Source: Vicinamibacteria bacterium
GTDB lineage: Bacteria > Acidobacteriota > Vicinamibacteria > Marinacidobacterales > Marinacidobacteraceae
DNA: 64,000 nucleotides
Direction of reading: 5' to 3'
Assembly (NCBI GenBank): GCA_965199715.1
Contig: OZ241322.1
Location: 1,408,001-1,472,000 of the forward strand
Shown here: positions 50,775 to 61,536 of the stretch, piece after piece
How positions within the stretch are numbered: the first letter of the stretch is position 1
Layout: each line of letters opens with the position of its first letter
The notes under the pieces: model-generated
Told to the model about the DNA's origin: nothing
What the model saw: the letters and a program-made list of their open reading frames with translations, nothing else
Databases searched by the model: none
Translations under genes and position numbers: made by a program

Positions 50775-51044
50775 ATGGACGAAAAGACCCGTCGCGACTT
50801 TCTCCGTGCGGCCGGGTTCGCCGTAGCCGGCGTTCTCGGCGCCTCCTCCTTCGCCGCTGGCCAGCAGCAGGAAGAGGAGGAGAAGAAGGAAGAAGAAGAG
50901 CAGGAAGAACTCGACTACGACGCCCTCTTCGCCGAGGACCCGGGCGACGAGGACACCCGCGCCTGCCCGCAGTGCGGGGCTCTCATGTACCGGCAAGGCC
51001 GGACGTGGACCTGCGAGAACTGCGGCTACAGCTACGTCGAGTAG
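50775..51044 (+). CDS. Small Tat-exported acidic protein with C-terminal zinc ribbon
   Basis: AAGGAG RBS; TRRDFLR; poly-Glu; CPQCG...CENCG. Confidence 0.75.
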   Translation: MDEKTRRDFLRAAGFAVAGVLGASSFAAGQQQEEEEKKEEEEQEELDYDALFAEDPGDEDTRACPQCGALMYRQGRTWTCENCGYSYVE

Positions 51045-51075
51045 TCCAACCGCCCGTCGCTGACCCCGCGCCGGC

Positions 51076-51834
51076 CTAGAACGGCGGCGGGAAGACGAGG
51101 CGCCCGAAGAGGGCGGCGAGGATGATCGGGACCGAGAGCATCGTGTGCTCGGCGGAGCCCCGGCGGTAGGTCCAGTACCAGAACGCCGAAACGCTGTCCC
51201 GGCCGTCCAGCATGGCCTGCGTGAAGAAGATCCGCTGGACGGCGATGAGGTTGCAGAAGAACGCGAGAATCCAGAGCGCGATGTGGATGTTCCCGGAGAG
51301 GCACGCGAGGAAGACCAGCGCGGTGCGCTCGGGCCGCTCCATGAATCCGGCGACGCACTGCGGCACCATGGTCTCGGCCCGCGCCTTCGCATACGACGTC
51401 ACCACCGTGCCGGCGGTGGCGAGCCCCCAGAGCACCAGATACAGCGCCTGCGCGTCGCCCTCGAGATGCCGAAGCAGGAACGCCAGCAGGCCCAGCATGA
51501 GCACGATGTCGGCGTAGCGATCCACGACCGAGTCGAGGTACGCGCCGAACCGGGTCACCCGGCCTGAAATCCGGGCGACGGCTCCGTCGAACGTGTCGAA
51601 CGCGCCGCCGATCAGGACCACCCAACCCGCCGTCCAGAGATCGCCCTGAAGCATCGGAACGAACAGCAGCAGGAGCGCGAACGGACCGGTCAGGGTGATG
51701 ACGTTCGCCGGAACCCGGGTGCGGATGATGACCTGCGCGATGGTCTTCCGGATCCACGACAGGCCCGAGGCGACTGCGACGCCGAGTCGGAGGAAGGCGC
51801 CGCCGACGGCGCCCCGGCGCTCGGGCTCCCGCAT
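51076..51834 (-). CDS. CDP-alcohol phosphatidyltransferase (PIP-synthase-like)
   Basis: PANVIT, DTFDGAVAR...FGAYLDSVVDRYAD, SYAKARAE, GFMERPER. Confidence 0.88.
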   Translation of the reverse strand: MREPERRGAVGGAFLRLGVAVASGLSWIRKTIAQVIIRTRVPANVITLTGPFALLLLFVPMLQGDLWTAGWVVLIGGAFDTFDGAVARISGRVTRFGAYLDSVVDRYADIVLMLGLLAFLLRHLEGDAQALYLVLWGLATAGTVVTSYAKARAETMVPQCVAGFMERPERTALVFLACLSGNIHIALWILAFFCNLIAVQRIFFTQAMLDGRDSVSAFWYWTYRRGSAEHTMLSVPIILAALFGRLVFPPPF

Positions 51835-51873
51835 TTCCCGGCGTAGCATACGCGGGGCCGCCCGCCGGAATTC

Positions 51874-52764
51874 GTGAACTCCCGACCGCTCGTCATCGGC
51901 AATCCGGTCTCGGGTCGAAGAAGGGCGCGGGACGGATTCCGGCGCATCGCCGCCGCGCTCATGGAGCGGATCGGCGCGGCGGACGTACACTGGACCACCG
52001 GTCCGGGCGACGCGTTCAAGACCGCACGGGAGCAGGCGGGCGAACGTCCGCTGCTCGTCGCGCTCGGCGGCGACGGAACCGTCTCCGAAGTGGGCCGGGG
52101 CATCTCCGGGTCGGGGGCGGCGGCGGAGCTCGGCGTCCTGCCGTTCGGCACCGGCAACGACTTCGCCCGGGCCGTCGGCATCCGGGGGCGCAACGCGCTC
52201 AAGGCCGTGGCCGGGGCCGCGGTGCCCACCGATCTCGGCGTGGTCCGCTTCACCGATCAGCCTTCACGGCATTTCCTGAACAGCCTCTCGGTCGGGCTCG
52301 CCGCCGACGTCAACCGGCGCACCTACGGGCGGCGCAAGTTCGGCCGGAAGACGTACTTGATGGATGCGGTCCGGGAAGCGGTGGGCTATCGGGCGGCCAC
52401 GTTCCGGATCGGACTCGACGGCGAGGACCCCCGGCCGAGGACGCTCGTGAACGCGAGCTTCATGAACACCCGTTGCTTCGGCGGGGGTATCCCGATCACC
52501 CCCGGAGCGGACCCGGGCGACGGACGGCTCGATCTCGCGCTGGTCGGCACCCTGTCATTCGTCGGCTGGATGGATACCGTGCGGCGGCTCGCGTCCGGCA
52601 CCCACTTCGACCGCCGGGAGCTGGAGCGCCATCTCATCCGCCGTGCCTCGGTTCAGGGGACCGGGCGCATCGCGCTGGAAGTCGACGGCGAACTCGTCGA
52701 GACGAGCCGCCCGTTCGAAATCTCGGTCGCCCCCGCCGCGATCCAGGTGCGCCGACCGGCCTAG
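51874..52764 (+). CDS. Diacylglycerol/lipid kinase family (YegS/DagK-like)
   Basis: NPVSG, GGDGT, PFGTGNDFAR, DGE. Confidence 0.88.
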   Translation: MNSRPLVIGNPVSGRRRARDGFRRIAAALMERIGAADVHWTTGPGDAFKTAREQAGERPLLVALGGDGTVSEVGRGISGSGAAAELGVLPFGTGNDFARAVGIRGRNALKAVAGAAVPTDLGVVRFTDQPSRHFLNSLSVGLAADVNRRTYGRRKFGRKTYLMDAVREAVGYRAATFRIGLDGEDPRPRTLVNASFMNTRCFGGGIPITPGADPGDGRLDLALVGTLSFVGWMDTVRRLASGTHFDRRELERHLIRRASVQGTGRIALEVDGELVETSRPFEISVAPAAIQVRRPA

Positions 52765-53747
52765 AGCCGTCGGTCCAGCCAGCGGATCGTGTCGTGGAGC
52801 GTGATGCGGCCCTCTCTCGGGTCGTGGCCGAGCTCCTGCGCCGCCTTGTTCGAGCGGAAGTACCAGTAGCACCCGGCCATCTCGCGGCTGATCCGGTCCA
52901 CGGCGGGCTCGCTTCCCATCTGGCGGGCGAGCTCCTCGGCGGCGACCGCGCCCGCCGTGTACAGCGGGCGAGGGAGGCGCAGCCGCGGCGGGGAGCGATC
53001 CGAAAGCTCGGCGAGGGCGGTGAAGAACTCCGCGAAGGTCCAGTTGGGACCGCCGAGCAGGTAGCGCTCGCGGTCCCGGCCCCGGTCCATGGCCGCCTTT
53101 ACGCTACTCGCCGCATCCCTCACGTCCACGAAGTTGAGGCCGCCCGGCGGACACACGCGGACCTGCCCGGAGAGGAAGCGCAGCACGTCGCCGGCCGAGG
53201 AGAGCCGGTCGTCGTCGGGACCGAGGAGCAGCGACGGGTTCACGATCACCCGCTCGAACGCCCCCGGGGCACCGAGCCAGAGCTGTTCCTGCAGCCACTT
53301 GCTCCGGTAGTAGGGCCAGCGCCCGATCAGCTCCACCGGAACCCGCGCCGTCTCGTCCCGATCCGGGTCCGGCCACTCGGTGACCGCGATCGTCCCGCTG
53401 GTGGAGACGAGGACGACCCGGCGGACGCCCGCCGTCGCCACGGCGGCCACGAGCCGCCGCGAGCCCTCGATATGTACGCGGTCCAGATCGGCCGCCGCGT
53501 CGGGATCCCGGGAGACCCGGCCGGCGAGGTGGAACACCCCGTCCATTCCGGCGACGGCGCGATCGAGAGCCTCGGGAGACTCCAGATCCCCGACCACGAC
53601 CTCGTAGCCCCGCTCCTCGAGCGCGGGATTCGGCTTCCGCGCCAGCACCCGCACCGGACCGGCGGCCGGATCCAGTTCGGCCAGCAGATGCCCACCCAGA
53701 AACCCGGTCGCCCCGGTCACGAGGACCGGCGGCCGCGAGCCGGTCAC
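52761..53747 (-). CDS. NAD-dependent epimerase/dehydratase of the elb-type cluster
   Basis: TGATGFLG, FHLAG, YYRSK, NFVDVRD. Confidence 0.85.
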   Translation of the reverse strand: MTGSRPPVLVTGATGFLGGHLLAELDPAAGPVRVLARKPNPALEERGYEVVVGDLESPEALDRAVAGMDGVFHLAGRVSRDPDAAADLDRVHIEGSRRLVAAVATAGVRRVVLVSTSGTIAVTEWPDPDRDETARVPVELIGRWPYYRSKWLQEQLWLGAPGAFERVIVNPSLLLGPDDDRLSSAGDVLRFLSGQVRVCPPGGLNFVDVRDAASSVKAAMDRGRDRERYLLGGPNWTFAEFFTALAELSDRSPPRLRLPRPLYTAGAVAAEELARQMGSEPAVDRISREMAGCYWYFRSNKAAQELGHDPREGRITLHDTIRWLDRRL

Positions 53748-56700
53748 CGGCCGGCGCCCCGGAGCCGCTGGACCTCCTCGTCCAACCGGATCGGCTCGTT
53801 GCGGCCGAGCCGCTCCACCACGGTCTGGACGAGCCGCGCCACCCGGTGTTCCGCCGCCGAGCCGGACCGCCCGTCCGCCAGCTCCCCGAGCAGCTCGGGA
53901 GACAGGAACGGCCCGATCCGCGCCGAGACCTTCCGGGCCTGAAGCGTCACCGCCCCCGGCGGGAACGCCCGCCACGTGTCCAAATGCACCGGCAGCACCC
54001 CGACGCCGCAGCGGAACGCAAGGTGCGCGAACCCCCGCCGGAAGGTCGCGATTTCGCCGCTGCGCGAACGGGTGCCCTCGGGGAAGATGAGGACGTTGTG
54101 CCCGGTCTCGAGGTATCGGGCGGCGGCGTCCAGCGAGTCGCGAAGCGATCCCCGGCGCTCCATCGGGACGAGGCTCGTGAAGTTCTCGAAGAACGTGCGC
54201 TTGATGCGGTTGTCGAAGAAGTAGTCGGCCGCCGCGAGAGTCACGAGGTTCGCCGCCGCGTCGCCGAGCGCCCGGCGGACGAGGCCGGTGTCGAGGTGCG
54301 ATCCGTGGTTCGCGGCCACGATGAAGTGGGTGTGCACCGGCACCGAGTTGCGCCCGGTGACCGAGGTGTCGAGAAGCTGTTCGTAGAGCCAGCGCTGCCC
54401 CTGCGCGAGCCCGGTACGGCCGAGCTGCTGGATGGCCGGCGGCACCCGGATCTCGTCCTCCTCGCGCCGCGCCCTCGGCCGCTTGGCCTTGCCTGCCCCG
54501 CGCAGCCCCGGCGGCAGTTCGGCGAGCGTGGCCATCCCGGCGAGCGTCTCCGCCGTGACCGCCTGCCCGAACTCGGCCTCGAGCGCCGCTGCCAACTCGT
54601 TGTACATCAGGCTGTCGAACCCGAGCTCGGCGAACGTGGAGTCCATCCGCACCTGCGACTCGGGGCGCTCGGCCACCCGCGCCACGATGCGGGTCAGCCG
54701 GTCGGCGCTGCCGGACTCCTTGCCGCGCTCGGCGGCCGCCTGCTTCCGGCGGTCGGCGAGCCAACGCGCCAGTTCGGCGCGGCGCACCTTGCGGGTGGCG
54801 GTGCGCGGCAGCGCCTCGTCCCGGAACTCGAACGTCTTGATTCGCTTGTGGATCGGGAGCGTGGCCCCGACCTCGCGGAAGTACGCCTCGATCCGCTCGG
54901 TCTCCACGCCGTCCTTCGGCACGACCACCGCCGCGACCTGTTCCGCAGTCCCGTCGGGCAGCCCGAGGACGGCCATTTCCTCGATGAGGTCGGCGGCCGC
55001 GTGGATGTCCTCGATTTCCTCGGGATAGACGTTTTTCCCGCCGCTGTCCACGATGACTTCCTTGCGGCGCCCGACGAGGAACAGATGCCCGTTCTCGTCG
55101 AGGCGGCCGAGGTCGCCGGTGGCGAGCCATCCGTCCGGAGTCAGCGCCTCGGCGGTGGCCTCCGGGTTCTTGTAGTACCCGGCCATGATGTTCGAGCCCC
55201 GCGCCATGACCTCGCCGACTCCCGAGGCGTCCTTGTCGCGGATCTTCAGCGAGATTCCGGGCAGCGCGGTTCCGGCGCTCCCGAGCGGGACGCGGCCGTT
55301 CGGCGCGGTCACCGTCAGCACCGGAGCGGCCTCGGTGAGCCCGTAGCCCTGCGCAAGCTGGAACCCGAGCCCCCGGAACGTCTTCCACGTGGCCTCCGAG
55401 ATCGCCGACGCGCCGCTGATGAGATGGCGGAGCCGTCCGCCGAACGCCGTATGGACCGGCAGGAAGATCGCCGGGCCGAGGTTCACCCCAGTGTCGTCCC
55501 GCAGCAGGTACAGCGCGTCGATGAGCGCGACCATCAGATCCTCGGCGCGGGAGGAGCGCTCCCGGAACGGCGCAAGGATGCGCCGGCGCAGCAGGTCCCA
55601 GAGCGCCGGCACCCCGACCATGCAGGTGGTGTGGCCCTTCTTGAGCTCCCGGGTGAGGCTCTCCGGCGACAGTTCGTCGAGATAGGCGATCTGGGCGCCC
55701 CGGGAGAGCGGGAGCAGGAATCCGGCGGTGAACTCGAACGAGTGGTGCAGCGGGAGCACGCTCAGCGCCCCGTCCTCGTCGCCGATGTCGTACACGCTCA
55801 GCAGCTTGGCGACGAGGCTCGTGAAGTTCCGGTGGGTGAGCATCACCCCCTTCGGGGCCCCGGTGGTCCCCGAGGTGAACAGGATCGACGCGACCGAACT
55901 TCCCTTCGCCGGCTCCGGGAGCGCGGCGATCCGCTCCGCCTCCTCGACCTCGTCGCCGACCGCGAAGATTTCCGAGAACCGGTGCGCCGGAATCTCGATC
56001 CCGTCGGCGAATCGCGTGCGGCTTTCGAGCAGCGAGTCCCCGACGAGAAGCGCCTTCGCGTCGCCCGCCGCCAGCAGGCCGGGCGCCTCGGACGCGCGCA
56101 GGTCGCGCTCCAGCGGGATCGCCACCGCGCCGATCCGCTGGATCGCGAACCACGCCATCCCCCACTCGGGGGCGTTGTCGCCGATGAGCGCCACGTGGTC
56201 GCCGGGTCCGAGGCCGCGCCCGGCGAGGAACGCCGCGCCGCGGAGGACGCATTCCCGGAAGTCGGCGTAGGTGTAGCGCTCCTCCCGGCCGTTCCGGGTG
56301 ATCCGCATGGCCACCCGCCCGGCGTGGTTGCGGGTGCAGGCGTCGAAGAGCTCGTTCAGCGAGCGGTAGGCGTACACCCGCTTCGGGCGCGCCCGGTCCT
56401 GCTCGTCGAGCGTCGGGAAGACCCACCGCTGGAGGCCGGGAAGGTGGACGTGGAGCCAGTAGTCGTACCAGTCCAGCTCCTGCGGGGCGAAGTGCAGCTT
56501 GCCCTCGTGCCCTTCCAGGCGAGAGAACAGGTCGTGGGTGTTGTCGGCGCGGAAGATGAACTTCTCGCCGGCGATGAACGGCTTGAAGGTGCGGTAGTGC
56601 CGCTCGCTCTCCTCGACGAAGCGGTCGAGGTCGCGCACCCGGCGCTGGACGTCGCGCACCGCGCCGCCGAGCGGGCCGAGCGGTTTCTCCCCGGCCTCGT

Positions 56701-58042
56701 CGAGAAAGCCGCCCAGCTCGGAGGTCGCCTTGCGGATCCAGTCGAGCGCGTGCTTCTCGAAGGTCTCCGCCGAGATCGCCTGCGCCTCCATCCGCCCGAG
56801 GATCTCGTTCCACGCCTTGGGGCCGGTGGGACGCTCCTGGAAGTACTGGCGCTTGTAGAGGCCCACGAGGTCCACGATCCGCCCGATCCGCGCCGGGTTC
56901 CGGTCCCCGCTCGAGACCTGATAGACCATGCGCGGCTCGCCGACGAGCGCCTCGGCGGCGACGGCGAGCGTGGCGGAAGCGACCATGTCCACCGGGACCA
57001 CGTCGAGGACCAGCTCGGTGTCCACCGGGAAGACGTTCTGCCCGCGCAGCGCCATCCGCACGAGCGGCGCGCTCGTCGTGAACCCCTCGTTCCAGCCGGG
57101 CTCGGGGAAGCTGAGGGCGCTCTCCACGATGGCCGGGCGCACGATCGACCGCACGATCCCGTCGGCTCCGGCCACCAACTGGTCGCCGAGGCTCTTGGTA
57201 TAGGTGTAGATGTTCGGCCAGCCCCAACCCTCGGCCTTCTCGATCCCGAGATCCCGCAGCCGGCGGCGGATCCACTCCTTCCGCTCGGTGGCGATGGCGA
57301 TCTTGAGCGCCCTCGCGTCGCTCGGGTCGCGACCCTCGTCGCGGAAGCGGGTGCGGGCGGCCTCGACGAAGGCGTCGTGGCGCGACTTGTCCTGCGCCTC
57401 GTCGCGGACCCGCGCCGCAAGTCGTTCGCAGTCCGAGATCTCGAGATCGACCCGGAACTCCTGGTCCTCCCGGTCGCGGCGGGGGAAATAGCCGATCAGC
57501 GGCTCGTCCTCGCGGATCTCCCCGGCGCGGTTGCCGGCGACGAAGCAGGTGCTCGTGTGGATGAGCGCCGGGCGCTTCATCCGCCGGGCGAAGGCGATCA
57601 CGTTCCGGGTCCCGTGGACGTTCGTGGAGAGCGCGGCCTCGAGCGGCGGGTTGAAGGTCACCCGCCCCGAGCAGTTCAGGACGAGGTCGATGTCGGCGGC
57701 GACCGCTCCGGCCTCATCGTCGGAGTAGCCGAGGTTCTCAAGCGTGATGTCCCCGCCGAGCACCACGACCTTCTCCTCCAGAAACGCCTCCAGCCGGTCG
57801 CCCTGCGCGTCCCGGAGCGGCTGGAGCGCGGGAGAGTTCCCGACGATGTCGGCGAAGCGGGCCCTGCTCTCGGCCAGGCCCGGAGCCCGGACCATCACGT
57901 AGATTCGCCGCACCTGCGGGAAGTGCTTGAGCAGCATCCCGAGGCAGACTTTGCCGAGGAAGCCGGTGCTCCCGAGCAGGAGGATCCCCTTGCCGGCGAA
58001 CGCGTCGCCGACGGGAACGCGCGACGGGGGGGCTTCGGCCAC
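53744..58042 (-). CDS. elbD: Multidomain FAR reductase-acyl-AMP ligase-ACP-acyltransferase, ether lipid synthase (CTG 58051 is an alternative start)
   Basis: GSTGFLGK/YTYTK; FTSGTTGAPKG/YGLTE; LGFDSL; NHGSHLD/FPEGTRS. Confidence 0.88.
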   Translation of the reverse strand: MAEAPPSRVPVGDAFAGKGILLLGSTGFLGKVCLGMLLKHFPQVRRIYVMVRAPGLAESRARFADIVGNSPALQPLRDAQGDRLEAFLEEKVVVLGGDITLENLGYSDDEAGAVAADIDLVLNCSGRVTFNPPLEAALSTNVHGTRNVIAFARRMKRPALIHTSTCFVAGNRAGEIREDEPLIGYFPRRDREDQEFRVDLEISDCERLAARVRDEAQDKSRHDAFVEAARTRFRDEGRDPSDARALKIAIATERKEWIRRRLRDLGIEKAEGWGWPNIYTYTKSLGDQLVAGADGIVRSIVRPAIVESALSFPEPGWNEGFTTSAPLVRMALRGQNVFPVDTELVLDVVPVDMVASATLAVAAEALVGEPRMVYQVSSGDRNPARIGRIVDLVGLYKRQYFQERPTGPKAWNEILGRMEAQAISAETFEKHALDWIRKATSELGGFLDEAGEKPLGPLGGAVRDVQRRVRDLDRFVEESERHYRTFKPFIAGEKFIFRADNTHDLFSRLEGHEGKLHFAPQELDWYDYWLHVHLPGLQRWVFPTLDEQDRARPKRVYAYRSLNELFDACTRNHAGRVAMRITRNGREERYTYADFRECVLRGAAFLAGRGLGPGDHVALIGDNAPEWGMAWFAIQRIGAVAIPLERDLRASEAPGLLAAGDAKALLVGDSLLESRTRFADGIEIPAHRFSEIFAVGDEVEEAERIAALPEPAKGSSVASILFTSGTTGAPKGVMLTHRNFTSLVAKLLSVYDIGDEDGALSVLPLHHSFEFTAGFLLPLSRGAQIAYLDELSPESLTRELKKGHTTCMVGVPALWDLLRRRILAPFRERSSRAEDLMVALIDALYLLRDDTGVNLGPAIFLPVHTAFGGRLRHLISGASAISEATWKTFRGLGFQLAQGYGLTEAAPVLTVTAPNGRVPLGSAGTALPGISLKIRDKDASGVGEVMARGSNIMAGYYKNPEATAEALTPDGWLATGDLGRLDENGHLFLVGRRKEVIVDSGGKNVYPEEIEDIHAAADLIEEMAVLGLPDGTAEQVAAVVVPKDGVETERIEAYFREVGATLPIHKRIKTFEFRDEALPRTATRKVRRAELARWLADRRKQAAAERGKESGSADRLTRIVARVAERPESQVRMDSTFAELGFDSLMYNELAAALEAEFGQAVTAETLAGMATLAELPPGLRGAGKAKRPRARREEDEIRVPPAIQQLGRTGLAQGQRWLYEQLLDTSVTGRNSVPVHTHFIVAANHGSHLDTGLVRRALGDAAANLVTLAAADYFFDNRIKRTFFENFTSLVPMERRGSLRDSLDAAARYLETGHNVLIFPEGTRSRSGEIATFRRGFAHLAFRCGVGVLPVHLDTWRAFPPGAVTLQARKVSARIGPFLSPELLGELADGRSGSAAEHRVARLVQTVVERLGRNEPIRLDEEVQRLRGAGR

Positions 58043-58047
58043 CTCGC

Positions 58048-59646
<1,599 letters not shown>

Positions 59647-59655
59647 CGGCGGGTC

Positions 59656-60357
59656 TCAGGCGGCGTGCGGATCGACGCGGTTCAGGTCCACGACCGGCCA
59701 GTCGTGGCGGCGGGCGGTGGCGCGGAGGCGAGCGTCCGGATTCGCGGCGGTGGGGTGGCCGACCACGCTGAGCATCGGCAGGTCGGACATGCTGTCGGCG
59801 TACGCGAAGCTGTCGTTCAGCGAAAGCCCCTCGCGCTCGGCGAACTCGCGGATCCAGAGCGCCTTGCTGGCGCTCGCCATGACCGGCGGGGAGAGCCGTC
59901 CGGTGGCGCGGCCGTTCTGGATCTCCAGCTTGTTCGCCGCGTATTCGGTGAGGCCGAGCTCGTCCAGCAGCGGCAGGATCGAGACCTCGAGCGCGCCGGT
60001 GACGACGACCTGGCGCAGGCCCCGGCGGCGCGACTGCTCGATGAGCGCCCGGGTGCCCGGGAAGATCGCCGGGCGGATCACCTTCTCGAAGAGTTCCTTC
60101 GAAAGATACCGCAGGCGGTCGTGCGACTGGCCCCGGTACCACTTGAAGAACAGGTCGTTGAAGACCTTGCGGCTGTAGAGGTCGGTCGCGACGAACAGCG
60201 GCAGCCCGGCGAGGGTCGCCCCGACGCTGCGCAGGCTGCGCAGCAGGCCCTGGTCGTTTCTCGCGTAGAAGGCGAGCACGTGCACCAGGTTGGTGCGGAT
60301 CAGCGTCCCGTCGAGGTCGTAGAACGCGGCCGCCTCGCGCCCCCGGCCGGCGCTCAC
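59656..60357 (-). CDS. HAD-IB family hydrolase/phosphatase of the elb-type cluster
   Basis: FYDLDGTL, VTG, AYADSMSDLPML, NPD. Confidence 0.88.
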   Translation of the reverse strand: MSAGRGREAAAFYDLDGTLIRTNLVHVLAFYARNDQGLLRSLRSVGATLAGLPLFVATDLYSRKVFNDLFFKWYRGQSHDRLRYLSKELFEKVIRPAIFPGTRALIEQSRRRGLRQVVVTGALEVSILPLLDELGLTEYAANKLEIQNGRATGRLSPPVMASASKALWIREFAEREGLSLNDSFAYADSMSDLPMLSVVGHPTAANPDARLRATARRHDWPVVDLNRVDPHAA

Positions 60358-60503
60358 CAGCCCGCTCCGGGAGGATTCAGAAACATGGAGGGCGCAAGAA
60401 AGTATCCCGGAAACCGGCGGAAGGGTACTCCGGCGGCCTCGTTGCTACCATCCGCGCTTCCTTCGGCCGGTCGTCGGCCTCACGCCGGAAAAGGACGGGC
60501 CCA

Positions 60504-61535
60504 TTGATCCACCTCGCGCGGCCCGCCGGCGCTTCGGTGCGCCCGGTGACCATCGCCTCGGTCGGGCGCTACCTGCCCGAGGGAAGGCTCACGAACGCCG
60601 ACCTGGAGCGGATGGTCGAGACCTCCGACGACTGGATCGTCGAGCGGACCGGGATCCGGGAGCGGCGGGTCGTTCCGAAGGGGACCGGGTGCTCGTTCCT
60701 CGCCGCCCGGGCGGCCGAGGACGCGCTCGCCCGGCGCGGCGTCGGCGCCCACGAGGTCGATCTGATCCTCGTGGCCACGGTCACCCCGGACATGTTCTTC
60801 CCGTCCACCGCGTGCCTCGTCCAGGACGACATCGGGGCGAGCCGGGCGTGGGGTTTCGACGTCTCCGCCGCGTGCAGCGGGTTCCTCTTCGCGCTCTCGA
60901 CCGCCTGCCAGCAGGTCGCCTCGGGCAGCGCGAACCGGGCGCTCGTGATCGGCTCGGACGTGATGAGCTCGATCACGAACTACGAGGACCGGACGACGTG
61001 CATCCTCTTCGGCGACGCCGCGGGCGCGGTGCTGCTCGAGCCGGCCGAAGACGGCGAGGGGTTCCTCGGCTTCAACAACCTCGTGGACGGCTCGGGCCGG
61101 GATCTCCTCCACATGCCCGCCGGAGGAAGCCGCCGGCCCTCGACCCGGGAGACGGTCGAGGCGCGGGAGCACTACCTGCGGCAGGAGGGCCGGCAGGTCT
61201 TCCGCTTCGCCGTGCGCCAGTCGGCCGAAGCCGCCGAGGCGCTCCTGAAGGCGACCGGGCTCACCAGGGACGACGTGTCGCTGCTCGTGATGCATCAGGC
61301 CAACGCGCGGATCATCGACGCGATCTCGAGGCGGCTCGGGCTCGCTCCGGAGCGGGTCGTGAAGACGGTGCACAAGCTCGGCAACACCACGGCGGCCTCG
61401 ATTCCGACCGCGCTGCGCGACGCGATCGAGGAAGACCGCCTTTCGCCGGGCGACATGATCCTCTTCAGCGCGATGGGGGCCGGCCTCACCGTCGGAACCG
61501 GCCTGATGCGCTGGGGCGGCGAGCGCTCGGGCTGA
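60504..61535 (+). CDS. fabH: 3-oxoacyl-ACP synthase III
   Basis: [32 protein letters not shown]. Confidence 0.92.
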   Translation: MIHLARPAGASVRPVTIASVGRYLPEGRLTNADLERMVETSDDWIVERTGIRERRVVPKGTGCSFLAARAAEDALARRGVGAHEVDLILVATVTPDMFFPSTACLVQDDIGASRAWGFDVSAACSGFLFALSTACQQVASGSANRALVIGSDVMSSITNYEDRTTCILFGDAAGAVLLEPAEDGEGFLGFNNLVDGSGRDLLHMPAGGSRRPSTRETVEAREHYLRQEGRQVFRFAVRQSAEAAEALLKATGLTRDDVSLLVMHQANARIIDAISRRLGLAPERVVKTVHKLGNTTAASIPTALRDAIEEDRLSPGDMILFSAMGAGLTVGTGLMRWGGERSG

Positions 61536-61536
61536 C

